Source: an uncultured cyanobacterium (lineage in GTDB: Bacteria > Cyanobacteriota > Cyanobacteriia > Phormidesmidales > Phormidesmidaceae). From it: a stretch of DNA of 64,000 nt. Shown piece by piece: positions 9,667 through 17,938 of the stretch. The DNA lies in the NCBI GenBank assembly GCA_963793265.1, contig CAWBZI010000007.1:224001-288000 (forward strand). Direction: 5' to 3'. A program made the translations under genes and the position numbers. The notes beneath the pieces are model-generated. The model saw only the letters and a list, made by a program, of their open reading frames with translations, made no database searches and was not told the DNA's origin. Position 1 is the first letter of the stretch; every line of letters begins with the position of its first letter.

Positions 9667-11736
9667 TTATTTGGTCATTGTCTGAGCCGAACTAGCCTCA
9701 CAGAAAAGCTGGCTGATGTGAGAGGCATTCATCGGCTTACCCAGGTAGTAGCCCTGCACAACGTCTACGCCACAGCGTTGAACTAGATGCAACTGCTCTG
9801 CGGTTTCTACGCCTTCTGCTACGACCGAGAATCCCAAATCATGACAGAGCTGAATGCTAGAGGCCAGCAATACTTGGCCGCGCCTGGCCTCTCCTTTAGG
9901 TGCAGTCACAAGCTGTCTATCTAGTTTAATTTCGTCGGCCTCTAGTGCCACTAAATTAGTTAGGGAGGAGTATCCTGCCCCAAAGTCGTCAATCGCAATG
10001 CGGTGCCCTGCCGCTCGAAGCTGATGAATAACGGAGGCGAGGGCCTTGAGTTCTACAGTATAGGTATGTTCAGTGATTTCAATGTAGAAGCGGATGTTAT
10101 GTTGTTTTGCGCGAGCAATAAAGTCTTGCACAGCCCGCGAATCGAGTAAAAAGTCTTTATCAAAATTGATGGCGATCGGTGGAATTTCAAAGCCCATCGT
10201 TCGCCAGCGAGCAATCTGAGAGAAGGTAAGATTAACGACTTTTTTATCAACGGCTTTTGAGAGCCCTTGCTTGTAGAGCACGGGTAGAAACGACGGTGGG
10301 AAAATTGTGCCGTCATTGTCTTGAAAGCGGAGCAGGGCTTCTAGGCCAACCAGATGAAGCGATCGCGCATCCATCTTGGGCTGAAAATATAGTAAAAAGT
10401 CCCCGTCTCTAAGCTGATGTAGCACCTTTTGAGCCGCCGCCACACTCTTTAGCATATCCTTCTGACGTGCGACGAACAGCCGCTCTTGGCGGTTGCTCAT
10501 TTCCTCACTCACAAATCCATAGGCATCTCCCCCGAAAAGCCGACGCAGATAACGGGGCGCTTCGTATTGCTGAGAGGCGATCGCTAAAAACGGAAAGTAA
10601 AGGCAGCCGTCTACCACAATGCAAACCATCTGTGTCGCTACAGCCCACAGCGATCCATCTGTGGCCACATAAGCGCTGTAGAGTGGGGGCGTCATCCAGT
10701 GTACGGGCAGCAGATCGATAGAGAATAGGCCGAGGCGAATAGCGGTAAAGGCGATCGCCATATTGACAAAGGCGGTTGCAAAAAAAGGAATAAAGAAAAT
10801 AGGATTCAACAGAATAGGTAGGCCAAACAGCAGAATTTCATTGACGTTGAAAAAAGAAAACGGCAGACTCAGCCGAGCGATTGATTTTAGGCGGGTGGCT
10901 TGCTTGGTGAAAAGAATGAGAAATGGCACTACGAACGTCGCCCCCGTGCCTCCTATACTCAAAAAAACATCGTAGAAAGGCTTCATCCGAATTGTGGTTG
11001 TTTCACCGACCGGAATTTTGTAGAGAAGCTGAAAGATTCCAGAGGCACTATGATCGCCGTGTAGTCCTACAAACCAGGCACATAGCGCAATTATTTTGAA
11101 GACAACAAGTTCTTGAATAGGTTTAATTTGCTCAAACTGTGGAAAAGCATGAGCCAATAGAAAGCTTCCATCCGCACCCAATAGCAGCGCGGTAGGCCAT
11201 CTCATTAGCTCAAACAACAAAACCGTTAAAAAACCAGGAATGACTAGATTAAGAGAACTAATCAGGCGAGGGCTCAAATCGCTACGGTAATTAACAATCT
11301 GTAGCCAGGGCTTTTTAGAAAAGTAGTGCAGAAGCCAAACAGCCAGCCAAGCGCACGGAATGCTGGTAAGGATAGATCCGTGATAGGAGATAATTTGAGC
11401 CGACTCGTCAATACCTAGAAACCCTGAGCCTCTTAAAAAGCAGACCATGGCAATGAGCAGCGTACCAATTTGATCGAGCCCTTTGTGCTTGGCCAGCAGC
11501 GTGCTGAGCGATAAGTTGACAAAAAGCGGCAGCAAAAAGAAATATAGCCGATTGATCTCTGTGCTAGATAGTGCGGCTTTGTCTATAAAGAGGCTGCTGG
11601 CATTTATGCTTTCTAATACCCCTGTCAGGCCAGAAAGCATGACCAGAATATTCATCACCAGCACAACAGGCAGCAGGGAGATGAAAGCTTCTCGGATGAT
11701 GATAAGCGGCTTAGCGTCGATGGAGGGGGACGACAT
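9667..11736 (-). CDS. PTS EIIC (lactose/cellobiose-type) membrane domain fused to an EAL c-di-GMP phosphodiesterase
   Basis: EIIC-like motifs IREAFISLLP, WFVGLHG, IGGTGAT and FFNVNEILLFGLPILLNPIFFIPF; EAL motifs YFQPK, EALLRF, EITE, IDDFGAGYSS, IKLDR, AEGVET and QGYY. Confidence 0.85.
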   Translation of the reverse strand: MSSPSIDAKPLIIIREAFISLLPVVLVMNILVMLSGLTGVLESINASSLFIDKAALSSTEINRLYFFLLPLFVNLSLSTLLAKHKGLDQIGTLLIAMVCFLRGSGFLGIDESAQIISYHGSILTSIPCAWLAVWLLHYFSKKPWLQIVNYRSDLSPRLISSLNLVIPGFLTVLLFELMRWPTALLLGADGSFLLAHAFPQFEQIKPIQELVVFKIIALCAWFVGLHGDHSASGIFQLLYKIPVGETTTIRMKPFYDVFLSIGGTGATFVVPFLILFTKQATRLKSIARLSLPFSFFNVNEILLFGLPILLNPIFFIPFFATAFVNMAIAFTAIRLGLFSIDLLPVHWMTPPLYSAYVATDGSLWAVATQMVCIVVDGCLYFPFLAIASQQYEAPRYLRRLFGGDAYGFVSEEMSNRQERLFVARQKDMLKSVAAAQKVLHQLRDGDFLLYFQPKMDARSLHLVGLEALLRFQDNDGTIFPPSFLPVLYKQGLSKAVDKKVVNLTFSQIARWRTMGFEIPPIAINFDKDFLLDSRAVQDFIARAKQHNIRFYIEITEHTYTVELKALASVIHQLRAAGHRIAIDDFGAGYSSLTNLVALEADEIKLDRQLVTAPKGEARRGQVLLASSIQLCHDLGFSVVAEGVETAEQLHLVQRCGVDVVQGYYLGKPMNASHISQLFCEASSAQTMTK

Positions 11737-11902
11737 CTACAAAAATGGCGCAAGGATTACATCAGAATACTCGCGGATGCTGTAGTTTTGCCCTGAACTC
11801 ATTAACGGCTTAGCTCTACGATGTGCCTTACACAATAGCTCAGCAAGCCTTAGTAGAGGTTCAGTGGTTGAGAGGTAAAGCCGAGTATAAAAAGCGATCG
11901 CG

Positions 11903-12787
11903 TTAGTATTCACCTGATTCTTTAATCCGTCTTACCAGGTACTCTCGCATCTCGATAAAGTCTTTAGATACGCGGATTTCTGACGGCGAGGTGGTTTGCA
12001 GCCGTGCTGAGAAAGGGTTGGGAATATCTTCAACAATGCGTCCCGGCTTGGCATACATCAAAACAATGCGGGTAGAGAGCAGCAGCGCTTCTTCGACATC
12101 GTGGGTGATAAAAAAGATGCTTTTGTTGGTTTTACGCCAAATGTCGTAGAGGCTGAGCTGCATCGATTCGCGCGTAAAGGCATCGAGTGCGCCAAAGGGC
12201 TCATCCATGAGGATGACTTTAGGATCGGCGGCCAGGGCGCGGGCGATCGCAGCGCGTTGCTTCATCCCCCCTGATAGCTGGTGCGGTAGCTTTTTAGCCG
12301 CATCAATCAGGCTTACCATCTCTAAAAAGTAGCTGACGCGCTGCTTTCGCTGCAGGGCTTCCATCTTTTTCATCCGAGGGCCAAACGAGACATTCTTCTC
12401 TATCGTGAGCCAGGGAAATAGATTGGGCTGCTGGAAGACAACGCCGACTTCAGCGTCAGGCTTGGTGTGCGGTCTGCCATCCACGGTGACAGTGCCGTTT
12501 GTAGGGCGTTCGTATCCGGCCAGTACGCGCAGTAGAGAGGTTTTGCCGCAGCCAGAGGGGCCAATGGCACAGACAAAATCGCCTTCGTTAAGATTGAGAT
12601 CAAGATCGTGCAGCGCTTCAAAAGGCTCACCGCCGTCGTCTTCGTAAAATAGATCGATGTTCTGTAGTGAGATTAAAGTGTCGCCAGTCAGCGGGTTTTG
12701 GATGTCTTCAGTTGAGGATGCTCCTGTGGTATCTACAGGCGTATCTGTAGATGAGGTGCCATGAAGCGTGTCAGGGAGAAGATCCAT
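11903..12787 (-). CDS. tauB: TauB/SsuB-type ABC transporter ATP-binding protein
   Basis: Walker A GPSGCGKT, VVFQQPNLFPW, signature LSGGMKQR, LMDEPFGALDAFTR, ITHDVEEA. Confidence 0.85.
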   Translation of the reverse strand: MDLLPDTLHGTSSTDTPVDTTGASSTEDIQNPLTGDTLISLQNIDLFYEDDGGEPFEALHDLDLNLNEGDFVCAIGPSGCGKTSLLRVLAGYERPTNGTVTVDGRPHTKPDAEVGVVFQQPNLFPWLTIEKNVSFGPRMKKMEALQRKQRVSYFLEMVSLIDAAKKLPHQLSGGMKQRAAIARALAADPKVILMDEPFGALDAFTRESMQLSLYDIWRKTNKSIFFITHDVEEALLLSTRIVLMYAKPGRIVEDIPNPFSARLQTTSPSEIRVSKDFIEMREYLVRRIKESGEY

Positions 12788-12844
12788 AGGAGAGGATTAG
12801 GTTACGACAAGAAAGGGAGATTAGGTGTTTTTTATAAGAATGCT

Positions 12845-12873
12845 GTAGGGGTTTAGCACTGCTAAACCCCTAC
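12845..12873. repeat. GTAG-type REP-like perfect palindrome (14-bp arms)
   Basis: gtaggggtttagca-c-tgctaaacccctac between tauA and tauB. Confidence 0.85.
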
Positions 12874-12903
12874 GAGATATCAAGCGATCGCGTCTTCTAA
12901 ACC

Positions 12904-14010
12904 CTACTTAGCCGCGTCAGCAACAGGCGCGTTAAATAGCGCTTTTTGATAGGTTTCAACATCAGGCGCACTAGGAATCGCGTCTTGGCTCACCATGAAC
13001 TCAGCAGAATCCTTGAGCACCTGGCTCATCTGACCCGGCGCATCGGGCGTGCCCAGATACTCAGCCGTCGCTTGTTCTGAAGCATCTAGCCAAACCAGCT
13101 CATTCATCACCTTCAGGCTTTCTTCAGGCGTCAGACCGATCTCTTCAGAGATAGCAGCAGCAGCTTCTTCAGGCTCGCTACGGTATAGCTCAGTTGCCTC
13201 GCTCAGCGCAGCAACATAGCCCTCAAGAAACTCAGGGTAGCTGGCAGCAAACTCTTTACTCACGATCCCAAGATCAGCGGTGATAATGCCGTCTTCAGCG
13301 AGCTGCTTAGCCGTGATTAGCAGGCTGCCGCTTTCATCGACCATTTTAGAGAGCGTAGGCTGCCACACAAAGCCGCCGTCGATGTCGCCACGCTGCCAGG
13401 CAGCCAGCATGTCTTGAGGCTGCAAATCAAGAATTTGAACGTCAGCAGGGTCGATGTCTGCCTGGGTAAGAGCCGAAAGTAGGCTGAAGTGAGTGGTGGA
13501 GCCGAAGGGAACGCCGATTTTTTTGCCAACAAGATCGGCCATTTCGGCAATGCCAGAGGCTTCGGTCACGGCCAGAGCTTCGTTGTCGCCAATGATGTCG
13601 TGAATGAAGTAGACGCTATAGGGTAAGTCTTGGGCAACGCCTGTAGAAACGGGAACGGAGCCTGCTAGGCCCACGTCAATGCCACCTGCGACCATGGCCG
13701 TGTTTACGTCACGACCGGAGTCAAACGGAAGCCACTTGATGTCAACATCGGGAAATTTAGCTTCGGCTAACCCTAAGTTTTTTGTTAGCAGTTCAGCGTT
13801 AGGAACCACCTGATAGCCAATGCGAAATTCGGTGGGCATCGCGCCGGTAGCGCCACCCTCAGCGCTGGTGGTAGTTTCAGGCTGGGTGCAGGCAGCTAGC
13901 GTCAGCACTAACGTCATGCTGAGGAGGCCGAGCAAAACGGCGAACTGTCTGCGGAATAAGCGCTTTAGCCCGAAAGGCGATCGCGTGGTGGGCTTGATTG
14001 AATGGGGCAT
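12904..14010 (-). CDS. tauA: TauA-type ABC substrate-binding lipoprotein (taurine-like)
   Basis: Lipobox LAAC; motifs IGYQ, FDSGRDV, GSVP, GKKIGVPFGSTTHFSL and AAWQRGDIDGGFVW typical of TauA. Confidence 0.8.
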   Translation of the reverse strand: MPHSIKPTTRSPFGLKRLFRRQFAVLLGLLSMTLVLTLAACTQPETTTSAEGGATGAMPTEFRIGYQVVPNAELLTKNLGLAEAKFPDVDIKWLPFDSGRDVNTAMVAGGIDVGLAGSVPVSTGVAQDLPYSVYFIHDIIGDNEALAVTEASGIAEMADLVGKKIGVPFGSTTHFSLLSALTQADIDPADVQILDLQPQDMLAAWQRGDIDGGFVWQPTLSKMVDESGSLLITAKQLAEDGIITADLGIVSKEFAASYPEFLEGYVAALSEATELYRSEPEEAAAAISEEIGLTPEESLKVMNELVWLDASEQATAEYLGTPDAPGQMSQVLKDSAEFMVSQDAIPSAPDVETYQKALFNAPVADAAK

Positions 14011-14108
14011 GTTTTCTTTTAGTTCTGTATATAAAGAGCGTGAGATTCAACAGTCACTATACAAGGCGACGTTAATTTGCCAAGGCTATTACCCAGCTAT
14101 TTCTCAGA

Positions 14109-14960
14109 CTATTCGCGACCGACCCAGGGCAGATAGTGGGCCTGCAAGCGGCGCAGACCCGTGTCAAGAATAATCGCAATCACGCCCATAATAATGATGC
14201 CGACGAACATCACATCGCTGCGCAAAAAGCTGCTCGCATCAAGCACCATCCAGGCAATGCCTGAAAGAGCTGCCACCATTTCAGCGGCGACTAAGGTGGT
14301 GTACATAAATCCGAGCGCAGTTCGCAGACCGGTAAATAGTTCAGGTAAGCAAGAAGGGAAAACGACCTGAGTAAATACTTGCCACTGCGAGGAGCCTAGC
14401 GAAAGGGCGGCGTTGATGCGATCGCGCGGCACCCTTTGAACGCCCGACACCATCGCAATATAGAGCGGGGCAAAGCCAGCTAAAAACAGCAGCGCAATCT
14501 TAGAGCCGTCTTCAATACCGAGCCAGATAATCAGCAGCGTGTAGTAGGCCAGCGGTGGCAGCGGGCGATAGAACTCAATGAACGGATCAATAATGGCCCG
14601 AACTGGCTTGAAGTAGCCGCTGGCTAGTCCTAATGGCACCGCTAGCGAAATCGCGAGCACAAAAGCAATGATTAGCCGCATCATGCTCGCGCCAATGTGC
14701 ATTAGCAGCGGCGTCCCTTTATAGCCGTTTGTGAGAATATCTATAAAGGTTGTCCATACGGTTTGAGGGGATGGAAAGAACAGGGGTTTGACCCAGCCTA
14801 AGTTAGTGGCTAAAAACCAAATGAGGAGGGCGATCGCAACCGATAAAAAAGACAGCCAGCGATAGGAAGAAGGTCGCTTTTTCTTCGTAGATCGCTGGCG
14901 CTTGCGGGCGGGTTTAATCGGTACGTTTTTGTTGATCGGCTCTTTGGTTTGCGCAGGCAT
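14109..14960 (-). CDS. tauC: TauC/SsuC-type ABC permease
   Basis: FFPSP, DPFIEFYRPLPPLAY, EAA-like loop and TTLVAAEM. ATG at 14960 is the likely start. Confidence 0.85.
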   Translation of the reverse strand: MPAQTKEPINKNVPIKPARKRQRSTKKKRPSSYRWLSFLSVAIALLIWFLATNLGWVKPLFFPSPQTVWTTFIDILTNGYKGTPLLMHIGASMMRLIIAFVLAISLAVPLGLASGYFKPVRAIIDPFIEFYRPLPPLAYYTLLIIWLGIEDGSKIALLFLAGFAPLYIAMVSGVQRVPRDRINAALSLGSSQWQVFTQVVFPSCLPELFTGLRTALGFMYTTLVAAEMVAALSGIAWMVLDASSFLRSDVMFVGIIIMGVIAIILDTGLRRLQAHYLPWVGRE

Positions 14961-15022
14961 AAAGGTATGTATCAGGCTGGGGCTTACTTTTCGATTGAGC
15001 TGTGTCAACTACGCTAGGCGAA

Positions 15023-16459
15023 TTATGCAGGTAATGCAAATACAGCCTTGCGTAACACCTCAGCGAGCCGGTCTATTTCTGCGCGCGTAACAATCAGCGG
15101 CGGGCAAAGAATCAGCACATTGTTAAAGCCTGGAATGGTGTTGGTGTTGCGCCCAATCATCACATTTTGTTCCATGCAGCCTTTCACAACGGCAACAACT
15201 TTTCCATCCTCTAAAGGCGTTTTACTCGCTTTATCAGTCACCAGCTCTACGCCCATCAACAGTCCTTTACCTCGCACATCACCCACATTCGGATGCGCTA
15301 GCAAAGGCTGAAGCTTCTCCATCAGGTAGTCACCCATTTCAGCCGCATTGTCGGCCAGATTTTCTCTTTCAATAATTTCAATATTACGCAGCCCTACCGC
15401 CGTACAAACGGGCGTACCGCCGTAGGTGCTGATATGACGAAAGTGGCTATTGGTACCGGGCTCGTCTAGAAAAGCCTCAAAGATATGCTGCTTTACAACC
15501 GTTGCAGAGAGCGGCATGTAGCCACTGGTGAGCCCTTTGGCAAAGGTGATAATGTCAGGCGTAATCCCCCAGTGCTGGTGCCCAAACATTTTGCCGGTGC
15601 GGCCAAAGCCGTTGACGACTTCATCGAATATGAGCAGAATGCCGGTGCGATCGCAAATCTCCCTGACCCCTTTTAAATAGCCATCAGGCGGCACAATTAC
15701 CCCGCCCCCTGAGATAATCGGCTCCACAATAATCGCCGCAATCGAATCGGCTCCCTCATACTGAATAGTCATCTCCAACTCTTTTAGGAGCGTGTCGTTG
15801 TAGCTTTCTTCAGTCTGGCCGTTGCCAAATCGGTAGTAGTAAGGTGGATTCGTATGTAAAAAGCCTGGCACCAGCGGGCCGTATTTTGACTTTCTTTCAG
15901 CTTGAGCCGTGGCGCTTAGTGCGCCCATGGTGCCGCCGTGATAGCCTCGGTAGCGAGAGATAAATTTGTAGCGATCGCCCGCCCCCTTTGCTCCTGTTTG
16001 CGCATGATACTGCCGGGCAATTTTGAAGGCGGTTTCATTCGCTTCAGAACCACTCGTAGAGAAAAAGACTTTGCCCTCATAGTCAAGCAGTTCCAACAGT
16101 TTATGAGCCAGGCGAATGCCAGGCTCGTGGCTCATCGTCAGCGGCGAATAGGCCAGATTTGTCATTTGCTCATAGGCCACCTCGGCTAGTTCCTGTCGGC
16201 CATAGCCAACATTCACGCACCAAAGACCTGAAACGCCATCAAAATACTCTACGCCCTGGTCATCCGTTACATGACAGCCTGCCGCTTTGCTAATACACTT
16301 GGGCGGCTGCTTTGCAAAAGGCTTGTGCTGCGCCATCGCGTGCCACAGCGACGACTGATCCATCTCAGATAGGCTACTTGCCGGGTTACCTGCTTGATCT
16401 AGCTGCTTTAGATCAAACTCTTTTTTATTCAACCGACTCTTGTCTAGCTTAATAACCAT
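15023..16459 (-). CDS. Class-III PLP omega-aminotransferase (Tpa/YhxA-like; taurine or beta-alanine:pyruvate aminotransferase candidate)
   Basis: SGLWCVNVGYGR, SGSEANETAFKIARQY, YHGGTMGALS, IFDEVVNGFGRTG and PLP lysine in FAKGLTSGY; first gene of the tau operon. Confidence 0.85.
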   Translation of the reverse strand: MVIKLDKSRLNKKEFDLKQLDQAGNPASSLSEMDQSSLWHAMAQHKPFAKQPPKCISKAAGCHVTDDQGVEYFDGVSGLWCVNVGYGRQELAEVAYEQMTNLAYSPLTMSHEPGIRLAHKLLELLDYEGKVFFSTSGSEANETAFKIARQYHAQTGAKGAGDRYKFISRYRGYHGGTMGALSATAQAERKSKYGPLVPGFLHTNPPYYYRFGNGQTEESYNDTLLKELEMTIQYEGADSIAAIIVEPIISGGGVIVPPDGYLKGVREICDRTGILLIFDEVVNGFGRTGKMFGHQHWGITPDIITFAKGLTSGYMPLSATVVKQHIFEAFLDEPGTNSHFRHISTYGGTPVCTAVGLRNIEIIERENLADNAAEMGDYLMEKLQPLLAHPNVGDVRGKGLLMGVELVTDKASKTPLEDGKVVAVVKGCMEQNVMIGRNTNTIPGFNNVLILCPPLIVTRAEIDRLAEVLRKAVFALPA

Positions 16460-16540
16460 GGTGAGATACCTGAATTTCAGAACAAATAATTTTGAAGAAA
16501 TGCCTGAGTCGCGACTGATATGAAGCGCGCTATTGAAAGA

Positions 16541-16582
16541 ACAATAACAATTCAGGAAAAGAGTTTGTGTATCTCAAAATAC
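16541..16582 (-). promoter_or_regulatory. Canonical NtcA-activated promoter (GTA-N8-TAC, 22-nt spacer, TAN3T)
   Basis: The minus strand reads GTATTTTGAGATAC (16582-16569), then 22 nt, then TATTGT (16546-16541), about 80 nt upstream of the aminotransferase ATG. Confidence 0.8.
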
Positions 16583-16585
16583 GGT

Positions 16586-16616
16586 TAAGGGAGGAAATTG
16601 TTGAATCTCCTCCTTA
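16586..16616 (-). terminator. Imperfect hairpin downstream of the SDR gene
   Basis: taagggaggaaatt ... aatctcctcctta, about 22 nt after the stop at 16639; the U-tail is weak. Confidence 0.35.
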
Positions 16617-16638
16617 TGACGAAAGTGAATATTTTTCT

Positions 16639-17418
16639 TTAGCCGTCTTCTCGATGGATGAGGGTGCCTGTAGACTGATCGGTGGGCAGTAAATACAGCT
16701 CACTAATGTTGACGTGAGCCGGGCGGGTCGCCGCAAAGAAGATACTATCGGCCACATCATCTGGCGTCAGTGCCGTCATGCCTTTGTAGACATTCTTCGC
16801 CCGCGCTTCATCACCTCGAAAACGAACGCCGCTAAACTCTGTTTCGACCAGCCCAGGCTCAACGTTAGTCACGCGAATAGGCGTACCCAACAAATCTATT
16901 TTCAGCCCCTCAGTTATTACCTTCACCGCCGCTTTTGTCGCACAGTAAACGCTGCCTCCTGTGTAGGTATAGCGCCCAGCGCTAGAGCCGATATTTATGA
17001 TGTGCCCCTGGTTGCGCGCCACCATGCCCGGCACAATTGCGCGCGTCATATACAGTACGCCTTTAACGTTGGTATCGATCATCTCCTCCCAGTCCTGAAG
17101 CGGGGCTTCGTACTGTTTATCAAGGCCACGACTCAACCCGGCATTGTTGATGAGGACGTCGATAGATTTCCACTCATCCGGTAGACCAGCGAGCGCGCTA
17201 TTGACATCACCAGATTTTTGCACGTCTAAAGGCAGCAACAATGTGTCTGTTTTATGCTCTTTTTGTAGCTGTTCGGCCAAGGACTGTAGCTTTTCTTTGC
17301 GGCGAGCGCAGAGAATGAGTTTGGCCCCAGCTTCAGCGAATAGTCGGGCACTAGAGGCACCAATCCCCGCGCTAGCTCCGGTGATAAGAACAACTTTGTT
17401 TTTGAGTGCGATCGCCAT
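16639..17418 (-). CDS. NADP-dependent short-chain dehydrogenase/reductase, YdfG/IsfD-like
   Basis: TGASAGIG, ARR, NNAGL, MIDTNVKG, catalytic YCATK, EPGLVETEFS.VRFRGD and RPAHVNI. ATG at 17418 is the likely start. Confidence 0.88.
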   Translation of the reverse strand: MAIALKNKVVLITGASAGIGASSARLFAEAGAKLILCARRKEKLQSLAEQLQKEHKTDTLLLPLDVQKSGDVNSALAGLPDEWKSIDVLINNAGLSRGLDKQYEAPLQDWEEMIDTNVKGVLYMTRAIVPGMVARNQGHIINIGSSAGRYTYTGGSVYCATKAAVKVITEGLKIDLLGTPIRVTNVEPGLVETEFSGVRFRGDEARAKNVYKGMTALTPDDVADSIFFAATRPAHVNISELYLLPTDQSTGTLIHREDG

Positions 17419-17938
17419 AATTTTTCTAAGAATGCTAGTGTGCACCCCTTATGGTAAAAGCTTTTTGAGCGCAGCGTTCACCGTTTCGCTCCAAGCTAGA
17501 TAGATGCATTGTGATTAATATTTTTGTTCTACCAAACCCAGGATTGGAGTGACTGAGGAACAAGAACAATACTTTAAATACTATGCTTCAGGGGAACCGA
17601 CGCCGCTTCTTTTGATTAAGTGGCTGTGCCGACGCCCTTCTTTAATGCCGAAGTTATGGGGTGCGTAGGTGGAGCCTATACGTAATGATCGCAAGGATGC
17701 CGACAACATCTGCCTAGACCTACGGTGAGCGTTATTTATGTACCGATACTAGAAATTTTCTATGTGCACTTCTGTATTGAACCGCACAATTTTTCTTTAT
17801 AAATGTTAGTGCTTCATTACAATTGTGTCGCTAGCGCAGCCCCTTTGCACTAAGAACAATCGTTAACGACCGCTGACTTGCTTAAGTATTCCTTACCAGA
17901 ATTAGATTATTTGATGTATAGGCCGTAAAATTGAACAT

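Noticed and set aside
17773..17788. NtcA/CRP-like site TGTATTGAACCGCACA upstream of the CHAT-ATPase gene
   Set aside because: The right half-site is CAC rather than TAC and there is no TAN3T at the 22-nt spacing, so it is too weak to call.
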